This document shows, one piece after another, positions 10,798 through 19,816 of a stretch of 64,000 nt of DNA (positions within the stretch are counted from its first letter, which is position 1; each line of letters opens with the position of its first letter). The notes beneath the pieces were generated by a model, which did no database searches, was not told the DNA's origin, and saw only the letters and a program-made list of their open reading frames with translations. A program made the position numbers and the translations under genes. The stretch comes from Parcubacteria group bacterium Gr01-1014_8 (lineage in GTDB: Bacteria; Patescibacteriota; Minisyncoccia; Phycocordibacterales; UBA2100), in NCBI GenBank assembly GCA_007376385.1, contig VMGC01000001.1, positions 96,001-160,000 on the forward strand. The letters run 5' to 3'.

Positions 10798-11298
10798 ATG
10801 CAATTTCAAGTACCCCAATTTATTGAGGTCGAGGATAAGATATTCGGTCCACTCACCTTTAAGCAATTCGTCTATGTCGCAGGAGGCGGCGGATTGGCCT
10901 ACCTCATCTGGCGGGTACTCCCCATCTATCTCGCGGCGCCGCTCGTCGCAGGCTCCCTTGGTCTCGGAGCAGCCCTCGCTTTTATGCAGTACAACGGGCG
11001 CCCCTTCATTCTCGCTCTTGAGCACGGCTTTTATTTTTTTCTGCGTTCGAAACTCTACTTATGGAATAATCAGCGGCGAAACAAGAAGCTGGCGGCGTCT
11101 GCAAACGAGCAACATCAACAGACACCAGAAATTTATGTGCCGAAGCTGTCGGAGAGCAGGTTGCACGAACTTGCGTGGAGCCTCGACATCAAGGAGCGGA
11201 TCGCTGCTGGTGTTGCGAATGAGGATGATAGAAATGAAATGCCTCGTTCCCGGCTCGTTGCTCCTATTCGAACCGCCCGCAGCGCTTTAGTGCAATAA
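10798..11298 (+). CDS. PrgI-family protein (VirB3-like) of Gram-positive-type T4SS
   Basis: MQFQVPQFIEVEDKIFGPLTFKQFVYVAGGGGLAYLI...MQYNGRPFILALEHGFYFFLRSKLYLW: N-terminal VP..ED.IFG.LT.RQF motif, two TM helices, NG.P...Y pattern. Position directly before VirB4. Confidence 0.6.
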   Translation: MQFQVPQFIEVEDKIFGPLTFKQFVYVAGGGGLAYLIWRVLPIYLAAPLVAGSLGLGAALAFMQYNGRPFILALEHGFYFFLRSKLYLWNNQRRNKKLAASANEQHQQTPEIYVPKLSESRLHELAWSLDIKERIAAGVANEDDRNEMPRSRLVAPIRTARSALVQ

Positions 11299-11304
11299 TA
11301 GAGT

Positions 11305-11976
11305 ATGTCAGAGATCACATCATCAATACCGCGCGTGAGCAGCAAAGCAACCCAAGATTTTGTGCCCGTGCATGAAGTTCGGGATGGCGTCGTTGTCCTC
11401 AAAGATGGAGGCCTTCGAGCAATACTCCTAGCCTCGTCATTGAACTTCGCACTGAAATCCGAGGACGAGCAAACCGCATTTATCGTTCAATTCCAGAATT
11501 TTCTCAACTCACTGGATTTTTCCGTACAGATATTCGTGCAATCACGAATGCTCGACATACGCCCCTACATCGCCACCTTGGAGTCACAGTTCAAACAACA
11601 ATTGGACGACCTTATGCGCATACAGATACGCGAATACATCGGCTTCATAAAAAGCTTCACTGAAGCCGCTAACATCATGACGAAGAATTTCTTTATCATC
11701 GTGCCGTACTCGCCCGCGATCATCCAAACCGGTCAAGGAATACTCGGCAAATTGCCCTTTACCGGCAAAAAGAAAAATTCTGAAGAAGAGAACCGCACTT
11801 TTGAAGAACAAATATCGCAGCTCGAGCAGCGCATCTCCATCGTCCAGCAGGGGCTCATCCGCACCGGCGTCCGCACCGTCCAGCTTGGAACTGAGGAAGC
11901 GATAGAATTGATGTACAAAATGTTCAACCCCGGTGAAGAAGGGAAGCCAATGGCCGTTCCTGAATCGCAAAAATAG
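11305..11976 (+). CDS. VirB4 (TraE/Orf16-type) N-terminal domain, encoded as a separate ORF
   Basis: VRDGVVVLKDGGLRAILLASSLNFALKSEDEQTAFIVQFQNFLNSLDFSVQIFVQ...KNFFIIVPY matches the characteristic N-terminus of Gram-positive VirB4 homologues. Ends TAG at 11974-11976, one nt before the ATG of the ATPase ORF. Confidence 0.55.
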   Translation: MSEITSSIPRVSSKATQDFVPVHEVRDGVVVLKDGGLRAILLASSLNFALKSEDEQTAFIVQFQNFLNSLDFSVQIFVQSRMLDIRPYIATLESQFKQQLDDLMRIQIREYIGFIKSFTEAANIMTKNFFIIVPYSPAIIQTGQGILGKLPFTGKKKNSEEENRTFEEQISQLEQRISIVQQGLIRTGVRTVQLGTEEAIELMYKMFNPGEEGKPMAVPESQK

Positions 11977-11977
11977 T

Positions 11978-13969
11978 ATGGCGCTCCTCGATCTATTCAA
12001 GAAAAAAGGGCCGCAGTCCGTAGTCTTGCCCGTATTGCCTGAAGAGATATTCCGCACGGGAGTTCTTGACCTTCAAGACGTCATCGCACCTCACGCTCTC
12101 CGCATTTCACCTCGCGAACTCGACCTTGGGGAAAAGATCGCACGCACATTCTTCGTTATCTCGTATCCGCGTTTTCTTACGACAGGATGGTTCGCGCCCA
12201 TCATTAACATGGATAAAATAATCGACATTTCGATATTCATTCACCCGATGGATACGAATGAAATGCTTCGAAAATTCCAAAAGAAAGTGGCAGAGGTTCA
12301 GAGCCAGATATCAACGCGGGAAGGGAAGGGCATGGTCAGAGACCCTATGCTTGACACCGCCTACGCTGACCTTGAAAAATTGCGTGATTCACTCCAGCAA
12401 GCACAGGAGCGCATCTTTGAAGTAGGATTGTATCTCACCATTTACGGCTCCACTCGCGAAGAAGTTGATAAGATAGAAAGCGAGGTACGCTCAATTCTTG
12501 AATCGCGCCTTGTGTATATCCGTCCCGCGCTATTCCAGCAAGAGCAAGGCTTCAGAAGCGTTCTGCCGACGGCAACCGATGAACTGAATGTGCACACAAA
12601 ATTGAATTCAGCCCCTCTTTCATCGGTATTTCCGTTCATTTCCTTCGACCTGACGTCCGACCGGGGAATTCTATATGGCATAAACCGCCATAATTCATCT
12701 CTCATTCTTTTTGATCGCTTCTCGCTTGAGAACTACAATTCAGTGACCTTTGCCAAGTCCGGTGCGGGAAAATCCTACACGACAAAACTTGAGATCCTGC
12801 GTTCGTTGATGTTCGATACAGAAGTCATCGTCATCGACCCCGAACGTGAATACGAATATCTCGCAGAGACGGTCGGCGGACGTTATTTCAATATCTCACT
12901 CTCCTCGGAGCACCACATCAATCCCTTTGACTTGCCGATACCGCGAGAAGATGAGAACCCCGGGGATGTGCTGCGCAACAATATCATCACGCTTGTCGGA
13001 CTTTTCCGTATCATGCTCGGAGGTTTGACGCCCGAAGAAGACGCCATCATCGACAAGGCCATCACCGAAACGTATGCCCTGAAAGACATCACGCAAGATG
13101 CGAATTTCGCAGCAGTCGAGCCGCCGCTTCTTTCCGACTTCGAACTCGTACTCTCCGGCATGGAGGGCAGCGATTCACTGGTTCAGAGACTCTCGAAATA
13201 TACAAAGGGCACGTGGTCAGGATTTATGAACCGCCCGACGAACGTTGACATGAATAAAAAATTGGTCGTCTTCTCGGTGCGAGACATGGAGGACGACCTG
13301 AAACCTGTCGCTATGTACATCATCACGCACCACATCTGGAATACCGTGCGAAAGGAACTCCGTAAACGACTCCTGGTGATCGATGAGGCATGGTGGATGA
13401 TGCGTTCCCAAGATACTGCGTCTTTCCTGTTTTCAATCGCAAAACGTGGACGTAAATACTATCTTGGAATCTCTACCATCACGCAAGACGTATCAGACTT
13501 TTTGAACTCCCCGTATGGAATACCGATGATAACCAACTCTTCTATCCAGCTCCTGCTCCGCCAATCGCCAACATCGGTCGACCTCGTGCAACAGACATTC
13601 AAATTGTCAGACGAGGAAAAATACCTGCTCTTGGAATCCGATGTAGGTGAAGGCATTTTCTTCGCAGGGCTGAAGCACGTAGCCATAAAAGTCATTGCTT
13701 CGTATACGGAAGACCAAATAATCACGTCCGACCCATCGCAGATACTTGCCATCCGCAAAGCGAAACAGGAACTGGTCTTGGCAAACGAGCCACAGAATGT
13801 AGCCCAGACGACCCCGATATCTCAAACCAAGGAAGCGGCCGCTATACTCCAAAGCTCGGCGTTAAAACCCGCTGAAGTGCCAAATACGCCAACGCCGCAG
13901 GCATCACCAACATCCGCGCCAAATACTACCCGACAAGTAGCATCAATTTTGGAGAGACCGGGTAATTGA
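11978..13969 (+). CDS. VirB4-family T4SS ATPase (ATPase domain ORF)
   Basis: Walker A FAKSGAGKSYTTK, Walker B RLLVIDEAWWMM, conserved YPRFLTTGWFAPII segment. Start taken at MALLDLF (11978), immediately after the upstream ORF stop. Confidence 0.85.
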   Translation: MALLDLFKKKGPQSVVLPVLPEEIFRTGVLDLQDVIAPHALRISPRELDLGEKIARTFFVISYPRFLTTGWFAPIINMDKIIDISIFIHPMDTNEMLRKFQKKVAEVQSQISTREGKGMVRDPMLDTAYADLEKLRDSLQQAQERIFEVGLYLTIYGSTREEVDKIESEVRSILESRLVYIRPALFQQEQGFRSVLPTATDELNVHTKLNSAPLSSVFPFISFDLTSDRGILYGINRHNSSLILFDRFSLENYNSVTFAKSGAGKSYTTKLEILRSLMFDTEVIVIDPEREYEYLAETVGGRYFNISLSSEHHINPFDLPIPREDENPGDVLRNNIITLVGLFRIMLGGLTPEEDAIIDKAITETYALKDITQDANFAAVEPPLLSDFELVLSGMEGSDSLVQRLSKYTKGTWSGFMNRPTNVDMNKKLVVFSVRDMEDDLKPVAMYIITHHIWNTVRKELRKRLLVIDEAWWMMRSQDTASFLFSIAKRGRKYYLGISTITQDVSDFLNSPYGIPMITNSSIQLLLRQSPTSVDLVQQTFKLSDEEKYLLLESDVGEGIFFAGLKHVAIKVIASYTEDQIITSDPSQILAIRKAKQELVLANEPQNVAQTTPISQTKEAAAILQSSALKPAEVPNTPTPQASPTSAPNTTRQVASILERPGN

Positions 13970-14027
13970 CCTCCAAAACATACTGAAGCTAAGGATTAAC
14001 ATCAGACGTTGAAAAACGACTCAATTC

Positions 14028-14468
14028 ATGGATGAAAATCCTCTAGACCAGGTACCAAGTGACGAGGTCGCTGAGTTATCGGTCATGGATCCGCAAGAGG
14101 AGCCTGACTTTCCATTCGTCATCGTGGCAACGGCCGTTCTAAAAGACCTGCTAGACGGATTGGATCTATCTATCATCTTCATAATCCTGACGACTGTATT
14201 ATCCGTTCTGCTGACAATAATTTTGTTCCTATGGGTTGTCGGTAAATTGGGTGGCGGCTGGTGGAAGCGGCAGTTAATAAGATGGTTGTGGACTCGGTAC
14301 GTAGCAACAATTCTTTTAGAATTTATCCCGTTTCTCAAGATGGTACCAGCGGCCACAATTTTCGTTCTCATGGCCCATCACCACGAGAAAAAATCTGTGA
14401 AATTATTCAATGCAGCCTTGGAAGCCTTCCGCGACGGATTATTCAAGGCGCTGCGACAAAAAAACTGA
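14028..14468 (+). CDS. Small polytopic membrane protein (T4SS-locus associated)
   Basis: 3-4 hydrophobic helices, acidic N-terminus. Confidence 0.45.
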   Translation: MDENPLDQVPSDEVAELSVMDPQEEPDFPFVIVATAVLKDLLDGLDLSIIFIILTTVLSVLLTIILFLWVVGKLGGGWWKRQLIRWLWTRYVATILLEFIPFLKMVPAATIFVLMAHHHEKKSVKLFNAALEAFRDGLFKALRQKN

Positions 14469-14569
14469 ACGCCTGAAGGGACCCCCTGGTGGCTGCAGAT
14501 CGTTTGCCAATTGCCTGGAATTCACCGCCCTAACATGCAAAACAAATAAGGGATGAAGTCGGCTGTATA

Positions 14570-15619
14570 ATGATGCCAATGTCATCGCGGTTGTTCTTCA
14601 GTATTCCGGCGTTCGCTCTTTTGTTACTTTTTGCTGCGCCCGTATACGCACAATACATCCTTCCTCCTTCTGCTGACCCAATATTATTCAAGCTTAGTCC
14701 TTCGAATCCCGAGCCCGGCTCAATCGTCCATATTTTTGCAAATAGTCTGACATTTGACCTCAAAAAGACTCACGTAACATGGTACGTAAATGACGCTCTG
14801 CTACTTGAAGGCGACGGTCTTACGGAAGTTGATGTGACGCTTGGCTCAACAGGTTCTGCAACTCACGTCATTGCTCTCGCTGAGAAAGACGGCGAGACGC
14901 TGGCCAGCGCAGAAGTATTCATGCGCCCCGCAGAAGTTGATCTCTTGTGGGAAGCGAATTCATATGTTCCCCCCTTCTATAAGGGGAAACATCTCGCTTC
15001 ACCAAATTCGGTAGTTCGTGCAGAAGCCTATGCGCGATTGCGCGATCAAGAGGGAAATCTGATACTGCCTTCCGAAATCGAGTATACATGGCACCGTAAC
15101 GGCGCACTGCTCGCGTCCCAATCCGGCCGAGGGAAATCTTACGCCTCTTTCCCTGCTCCGCTCCTATTCGGAAGCGACACAATATCAGTCGAGGTAACCT
15201 CGATAGATGAGAGTGTGAGTGCTAGCGCGACAACTATTATTCCCTCCGTGGACCCATTTGTCGTCCTCTATCAGGAACATCCTCTGTTTGGGATCTTTTA
15301 TCACGCAGCTGTTGCACGTGCTGCATTCCTGCCAGACGTCGAAGCGACGTTCGTTGCCATTCCATATTTTGCGAGCAGCATCACGAGCCACTCCGACGCA
15401 AGACTATTATATGCCTGGCGCGTGAACGACAGGCCAATAACAGTGGATGGAGCAGAGCCTCATCGCTTGACCATCAATGCTGAAAATTCAACGGGAGAAG
15501 CGCACGTCGAAGTCGCTGTTTCGCACCTCACTAACTACTTTATGGACGCTCGCGGAGCGTGGGACATAGCATTCGACAGAATACCGGGCGGGGACCCATT
15601 CTCCACAAACGGACTATGA
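14570..15619 (+). CDS. Secreted hypothetical protein
   Basis: Signal peptide MMPMSSRLFFSIPAFALLLLFAAPVYAQ. Stop overlaps next start (ATGA). Confidence 0.5.
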   Translation: MMPMSSRLFFSIPAFALLLLFAAPVYAQYILPPSADPILFKLSPSNPEPGSIVHIFANSLTFDLKKTHVTWYVNDALLLEGDGLTEVDVTLGSTGSATHVIALAEKDGETLASAEVFMRPAEVDLLWEANSYVPPFYKGKHLASPNSVVRAEAYARLRDQEGNLILPSEIEYTWHRNGALLASQSGRGKSYASFPAPLLFGSDTISVEVTSIDESVSASATTIIPSVDPFVVLYQEHPLFGIFYHAAVARAAFLPDVEATFVAIPYFASSITSHSDARLLYAWRVNDRPITVDGAEPHRLTINAENSTGEAHVEVAVSHLTNYFMDARGAWDIAFDRIPGGDPFSTNGL

Positions 15620-16980
15620 TTCATACGGATATTTCCCGCATATTCAAGTACGCAAGTATCGGGCTCATCTTCGTTCTTATTATAGGGCTTGGCGGATGGT
15701 ACATATACTTGCGCACGCAAACATCATCAATTGACGCGGCGTCAAGCGGACGCGGGTTCCGCGCGAGCATTCCCACTTCAAGTTCGCTGGGGAGTACTTT
15801 CACCAACATAATTTCCGGATTCAGAAGAACCCCCAGTGAAGCGAGCGAAAATCCGCCAGGAATAAGCCCGCAAAGCTTTTCGAGTGGTATTTCTAACTTT
15901 TCCGAAGGCGTAAAAACTGCGTTCGGTAACTTGATATCAGGACTCGGCTCCCTCGTCCCTGGTTCCGCAAGCTCAACGCCGATAAAACAAACCCCTCGTC
16001 TTTGGCAGGTGCAAAAAAGCCCCGTCGCTGGATTCAGGTTCATCGCTGCAACAACGACAACGCTTCGCTTTATGGAACGCTCAAGCGGCTATATTTTCGA
16101 CGTGAACCCGGCGACAGGGAAAACAACGCGAGTAACAAATACTCTTATCCCGAAAGTATATGATGCACGGTTCGCCAGGGACGGTTCTCCGGTTATAAAA
16201 ACTCTTGAAAACGACGTGCGGACAACCTATAGCGCGACATTAGCATCAAGTTCGAACGAAACTCTTGCCACACTCGTTCTAACGCCGCTAGGAAATAACG
16301 TGGCAGATGCAGTACCAAACGCTACATCACGCGAGCTTCTCTCGCTCATCGAAAGTGAGAATGGATCCTCTATTGTGCGCTCAGGATGGAACGGCTCTAA
16401 ACCAACGACGCTCTTTAGCTCATCGCTCTCGGGATGGAGAATGTACTGGACCTATGACAACAAGGTCTACATCGCGCAAAAAGCGGCGACAGGAGTCCCA
16501 GGTAACGCGTACGAACTTCTTGGCAATGGAGAACTTGTTCCACTAGCGCGTTCTGTTTCGGGGCTCACGATAGTGCCAAAAGCAACTTCTACTGCTCTGC
16601 TTATTGCTTCTGATGCTGGCGTTGTGTCTACCCTTGTCAGGCCAAATGCTGACACAGCGTTCATAATACTACCCGTGAAGACGATAGTCGACAAATGTCT
16701 ATGGGCTCCAGGAAATAATCTGATCGCGTATTGCGCAGTGCCATCGAGCATTCCTTCAAAACAATTCTTGGATGAGTGGTATCGAGGGGAGATACATACG
16801 GCTGACTCGTGGTGGCGCGTTGACGCGAGCGCAGGCTCGGCGCAATTGCTGTTTTCGCCCGCGCGCGAGAGCGGCTCTTCGCTTGATGCGGAAACCCCGA
16901 GAATAGACAATAGCGGGACGTACATAGCATTCCTCGATTCACATGACAAGTCACTGTGGATACTGCGCATCAATGAATAG
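15616..16980 (+). CDS. Membrane-anchored hypothetical protein, possibly beta-propeller-like
   Basis: Start MIHTD with ATGA overlap, single N-terminal TM (IGLIFVLIIGLGGWYIYL), Ser/Thr-rich linker, long extracytoplasmic domain. Confidence 0.5.
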   Translation: MIHTDISRIFKYASIGLIFVLIIGLGGWYIYLRTQTSSIDAASSGRGFRASIPTSSSLGSTFTNIISGFRRTPSEASENPPGISPQSFSSGISNFSEGVKTAFGNLISGLGSLVPGSASSTPIKQTPRLWQVQKSPVAGFRFIAATTTTLRFMERSSGYIFDVNPATGKTTRVTNTLIPKVYDARFARDGSPVIKTLENDVRTTYSATLASSSNETLATLVLTPLGNNVADAVPNATSRELLSLIESENGSSIVRSGWNGSKPTTLFSSSLSGWRMYWTYDNKVYIAQKAATGVPGNAYELLGNGELVPLARSVSGLTIVPKATSTALLIASDAGVVSTLVRPNADTAFIILPVKTIVDKCLWAPGNNLIAYCAVPSSIPSKQFLDEWYRGEIHTADSWWRVDASAGSAQLLFSPARESGSSLDAETPRIDNSGTYIAFLDSHDKSLWILRINE

Positions 16981-16982
16981 CC

Positions 16983-17138
16983 ATGAAAAAAGTTGCATCT
17001 AAGGTGCGCAGCGCGCGGAAGACGTTCGCATTTATCTCCCTTTCCGGCCTGAATGGTCCGGAATTCGCTCCGTTCCTCACCGCCGCGTTCAATAGCCAGA
17101 ATTTTCCCACATTCGTGAACGCTCTCTTTAAGGGTTGA
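16983..17138 (+). CDS. Small ORF (51 aa) carrying repeat copy 1, paralogue of 17590..17871
   Basis: MKKVASKVRSARKTFAFISLSGLNGPEFAPFLTAAFNSQNFPTFVNALFKG. ATG 2 nt after upstream stop. Confidence 0.3.
   Translation: MKKVASKVRSARKTFAFISLSGLNGPEFAPFLTAAFNSQNFPTFVNALFKG
17035..17133. repeat. Perfect 99-bp direct repeat, copy 1
   Basis: tctccctttccggcctgaatggtccggaattcgctccgttcctcaccgccgcgttcaatagccagaattttcccacattcgtgaacgctctctttaagg, identical at 17645-17743. Confidence 0.9.
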
Positions 17139-17589
17139 ACATTGTGGGCAGGATGAAGCCACTTCCTGCCGCTCCGAGGCTTCCTACGAGCACCGCGCCT
17201 GCGGAAAGCACTTTTACCCCGCCAGACCCGGATCAAACTGTGGTCGCCCCCGTGAATAGCAACGTTGATCGATGGTGTACAACATCAAGTTCTGGAGGAG
17301 CCACACTATGTTTTACCGGGCCTCAAGCGCAGCGAAATTGCAACGCGCAATACGCATCAAGAGGCATCGATAGGCAGTGCACGTCCTTCCCAGCTCAATA
17401 AAGGTTCCTCGGAGCAAGCTCTGAGGTATTGAACCTGTGTTTGCGCATATTGCCCATTTAAAAATAATCATACATCGCTAGAGATGCCCTGCACTCGCGA
17501 TATAATAGAACTGCAGACAACTATAGTGCCTTGCTGCCAGACATTACGACATGCGTAAAGATATGTGTTCGCGACCTGCCTCGCGTACA

Positions 17590-17871
17590 ATGAAAAAAAT
17601 ATTGTCCAAGTTTCGGGAGCTGCCTCACGCGTTCCAGGGTTTCGTCTCCCTTTCCGGCCTGAATGGTCCGGAATTCGCTCCGTTCCTCACCGCCGCGTTC
17701 AATAGCCAGAATTTTCCCACATTCGTGAACGCTCTCTTTAAGGAACAATTCACGCAACCGCCTGCACAGAATTCGTTCTTCGGAGGAGCAGGCGGACAAT
17801 TTGATCCTTCGCTCAATGGAGTTGGCGTCTCAGGTAATGAAATAGGGAACCCAAACCCATCATCACCGTAG
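17590..17871 (+). CDS. Small ORF (93 aa) carrying repeat copy 2, Gly/Pro/Asn-rich C-terminal tail
   Basis: MKKILSKFRELPHAFQGFVSLSGLNGPEFAPFLTAAFNSQNFPTFVNALFKEQF... tataat-like at ~17503. Confidence 0.35.
   Translation: MKKILSKFRELPHAFQGFVSLSGLNGPEFAPFLTAAFNSQNFPTFVNALFKEQFTQPPAQNSFFGGAGGQFDPSLNGVGVSGNEIGNPNPSSP
17645..17743. repeat. Perfect 99-bp direct repeat, copy 2
   Basis: Identical to 17035-17133, flanks diverge immediately outside. Confidence 0.9.
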
Positions 17872-17872
17872 T

Positions 17873-18376
17873 TTATACATCGCTCGTATATCTAATCACG
17901 ACTCGTCGACTGCGTCCCTCCCCTTGTGATTCTGTTTTAACGTTCGGAGAATCTGCGAGCGTCGTGTGCACAATGAGGCGCTCATAGGCACTCATGGGAG
18001 AGAGCTCCACATCGTATTGAAATGAACGAGCTCGTTCTGCCATCATCAAGGCTTTCGCCTGCAAGTCCTTTATCTGTTTTGAACGATAGTCATTTACGTC
18101 CACCAAAAAATGAGTCTCGTTTGAATTTTCATCAGGTGCGATCGGGACAGTGCGATTGCCCATGAGTCGCTTTTCGACTATTTTTTTTACCAGCTGATCT
18201 ATCGCATGTACCGTATCTCCGTGCATCCCGATAAGGGAGCGCGCATCGTCCGCCTGGATAGCAAATACCGATTGCCCGGCTATTTCTTCGTACTTGACAC
18301 CGGAGTACGCCGCACCCATCGCTGAAAGCGTCTCTTTTAGGACTGATCCGACGATCTCATTGAGCTCAGACTTCAT
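17873..18376 (-). CDS. jag: Jag/KhpB-like RNA-binding protein (KH + R3H domains)
   Basis: C-terminal R3H signature LSPMSAYERLIVHTTL...GEGRSRRVVI. Downstream of yidC in the conserved rpmH-rnpA-yidC-jag order. Confidence 0.8.
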   Translation of the reverse strand: MKSELNEIVGSVLKETLSAMGAAYSGVKYEEIAGQSVFAIQADDARSLIGMHGDTVHAIDQLVKKIVEKRLMGNRTVPIAPDENSNETHFLVDVNDYRSKQIKDLQAKALMMAERARSFQYDVELSPMSAYERLIVHTTLADSPNVKTESQGEGRSRRVVIRYTSDV

Positions 18377-18420
18377 CCAGCATTCTTATCACAAAAAGAG
18401 AGCGCCTCCAAATTTCGCCC

Positions 18421-19188
18421 TCAAACCCCCGGCGCCGTAGGCTGCCTGACCTGTTCTGTTGCTTTTTTTTCTTTAAGACGTCGTCCCATGGCAAGCTCCT
18501 GCAGAATCATGAACGTGTTGCTCGCGACCCAGTATAACGGAACAGCAGCGGAAACGGTGTATGCGATGCCACCGATCATGATAGGGAGCACGTAACGGGC
18601 CTGCAGATCGAAACTCCGCGCCATATCCGCAGAGAAAGAGCCGTCCGATTGCGTGGCAGGTTTGCGCGGTCCCATCGAGAGCCGTGCATATATCAATTGC
18701 GTAATCCCGGCAAAAAACGCGAGCAGAATGCTATGCGAACCCATGTTGATGAGACCCAGAAATTCCATGTTCACACTTTCCGGGGTGGGTACGAATGAAT
18801 ACAGATATTCTGGGTGCACATTCGGCAACCCTCCCTTCCAAAAAACCCAGTAGAGGCCGAACAAAATGGGCAGCTGTAAAAGTACTAGAAAAAAGGAGGC
18901 GAACGGACGAATGCTTTTCTCACGATACAGAGCAAAGATGGCGCGCGCCTGTTCCTCCTGCTTGTCCTTGAATTTCTTTTTTATTTCGTCGATTTCCGGA
19001 GCGACTTCTCTCATCGCCGCTTGCGTGCGCACAGCTTGGCGCGAAAGGGGAAAGAGAATGACGCGGACAACGAGGGTCAGAATGACGACCGCGATACCAA
19101 CATCATGCAGAGGAACAACATCTACAAAAAAAACAAGCCCGTTGTAGAGCGGGGTGTAAACGAGTGCGTTGAATATAGCAGAGATCAT
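18421..19188 (-). CDS. yidC: Membrane protein insertase YidC/Oxa1 family (short form)
   Basis: Five TM segments, conserved LPILFGLYWVF and PLYWVASN motifs, synteny with rnpA. Confidence 0.85.
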   Translation of the reverse strand: MISAIFNALVYTPLYNGLVFFVDVVPLHDVGIAVVILTLVVRVILFPLSRQAVRTQAAMREVAPEIDEIKKKFKDKQEEQARAIFALYREKSIRPFASFFLVLLQLPILFGLYWVFWKGGLPNVHPEYLYSFVPTPESVNMEFLGLINMGSHSILLAFFAGITQLIYARLSMGPRKPATQSDGSFSADMARSFDLQARYVLPIMIGGIAYTVSAAVPLYWVASNTFMILQELAMGRRLKEKKATEQVRQPTAPGV

Positions 19189-19529
19189 TCGGCGTATTGT
19201 ACTGCCTCTCGTATCAGCGACGCAATGTCCTTCGAGAGTTCCGCTCTCGGCGCCTTCAGGGCAGCGGGTTTAATGTGCAACACGAACGCAACAGGTCTTT
19301 TAATGTGGGCAAGCGCTGCACGAGCTAATTCTCTGCACGCGCGTTTCGCAGAATTTCTGTCTACTGCACGCTTCGCGGTTTTTTTTGAAATAACACACGC
19401 GCACTTAGGGCCCGCCGCCTCTTGGAGGATGATTGTCATCAACGAATAGTACTTGCCGCGAAAATGTGCCGAACGAACGCTTGAAAGATGTTTCAAGTCA
19501 CTCCGGCTAATGCGTCTTGCAGCAGGCAT
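19185..19529 (-). CDS. rnpA: Ribonuclease P protein component
   Basis: Basic ~114 aa protein, VISKKTAKRAVDRNSAKRACRE motif, directly follows rpmH. Confidence 0.85.
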   Translation of the reverse strand: MPAARRISRSDLKHLSSVRSAHFRGKYYSLMTIILQEAAGPKCACVISKKTAKRAVDRNSAKRACRELARAALAHIKRPVAFVLHIKPAALKAPRAELSKDIASLIREAVQYAE

Positions 19530-19664
19530 CTAGAGCGCCAACGTGGCTCGGCCCTTCCTGCGGCGGCGCATAATGATGCGTCTGCCGTTCTTGGTCTTTA
19601 GTCGCGCTCGAAATCCGTGTGTCCGCGCGCGTTTGCGCTTCTTTGGTTGGTATGTTCGTCGCAT
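19530..19664 (-). CDS. rpmH: 50S ribosomal protein L34
   Basis: Hand translation of minus strand gives [44 protein letters not shown] (44 aa, below ORF-track cutoff). Confidence 0.9.
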   Translation of the reverse strand: MRRTYQPKKRKRARTHGFRARLKTKNGRRIIMRRRRKGRATLAL

Positions 19665-19816
19665 CGGGCCAACATATCATAATGAAGAATATTTGACCAC
19701 TCCGAAAATACACGTCGACCAAATATCCCCACTCTATCCACAGCTTGTGAACATACCTCCTTGAGCGCGTATGCGCTTCACGTCTCCTACTTCACGCGTA
19801 TAATGACTCAACTCTC
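19665..19816. promoter_or_regulatory. rpmH/dnaA divergent intergenic region with DnaA box
   Basis: cTATCCACA at 19734-19742, ttgtgaaca nearby, tataat at ~19797 before dnaA. Confidence 0.5.

Noticed and set aside
11933-11977. Upstream extension of the VirB4 ATPase ORF (MKKGSQWPFLNRKNS) overlapping the end of the N-terminal-domain ORF
   Set aside because: The extension is in the +1 frame across the other ORF's last 14 codons. The ATG at 11978 directly after the TAG is a cleaner start. A frameshift cannot be excluded and is listed as a finding.
17135-17401. 88-aa ORF between the two 99-bp repeats
   Set aside because: There is no recognisable domain or start context, and an overlapping antisense ORF fits the interval equally well, so it is not called.
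17035-17743. Possible CRISPR array or minimal CRISPR from the 99-bp repeats and the tRNA-end repeats
   Set aside because: There are only two copies each. Repeats are too long (99 bp) or tRNA-derived, with no regular repeat-spacer periodicity and no cas genes nearby.
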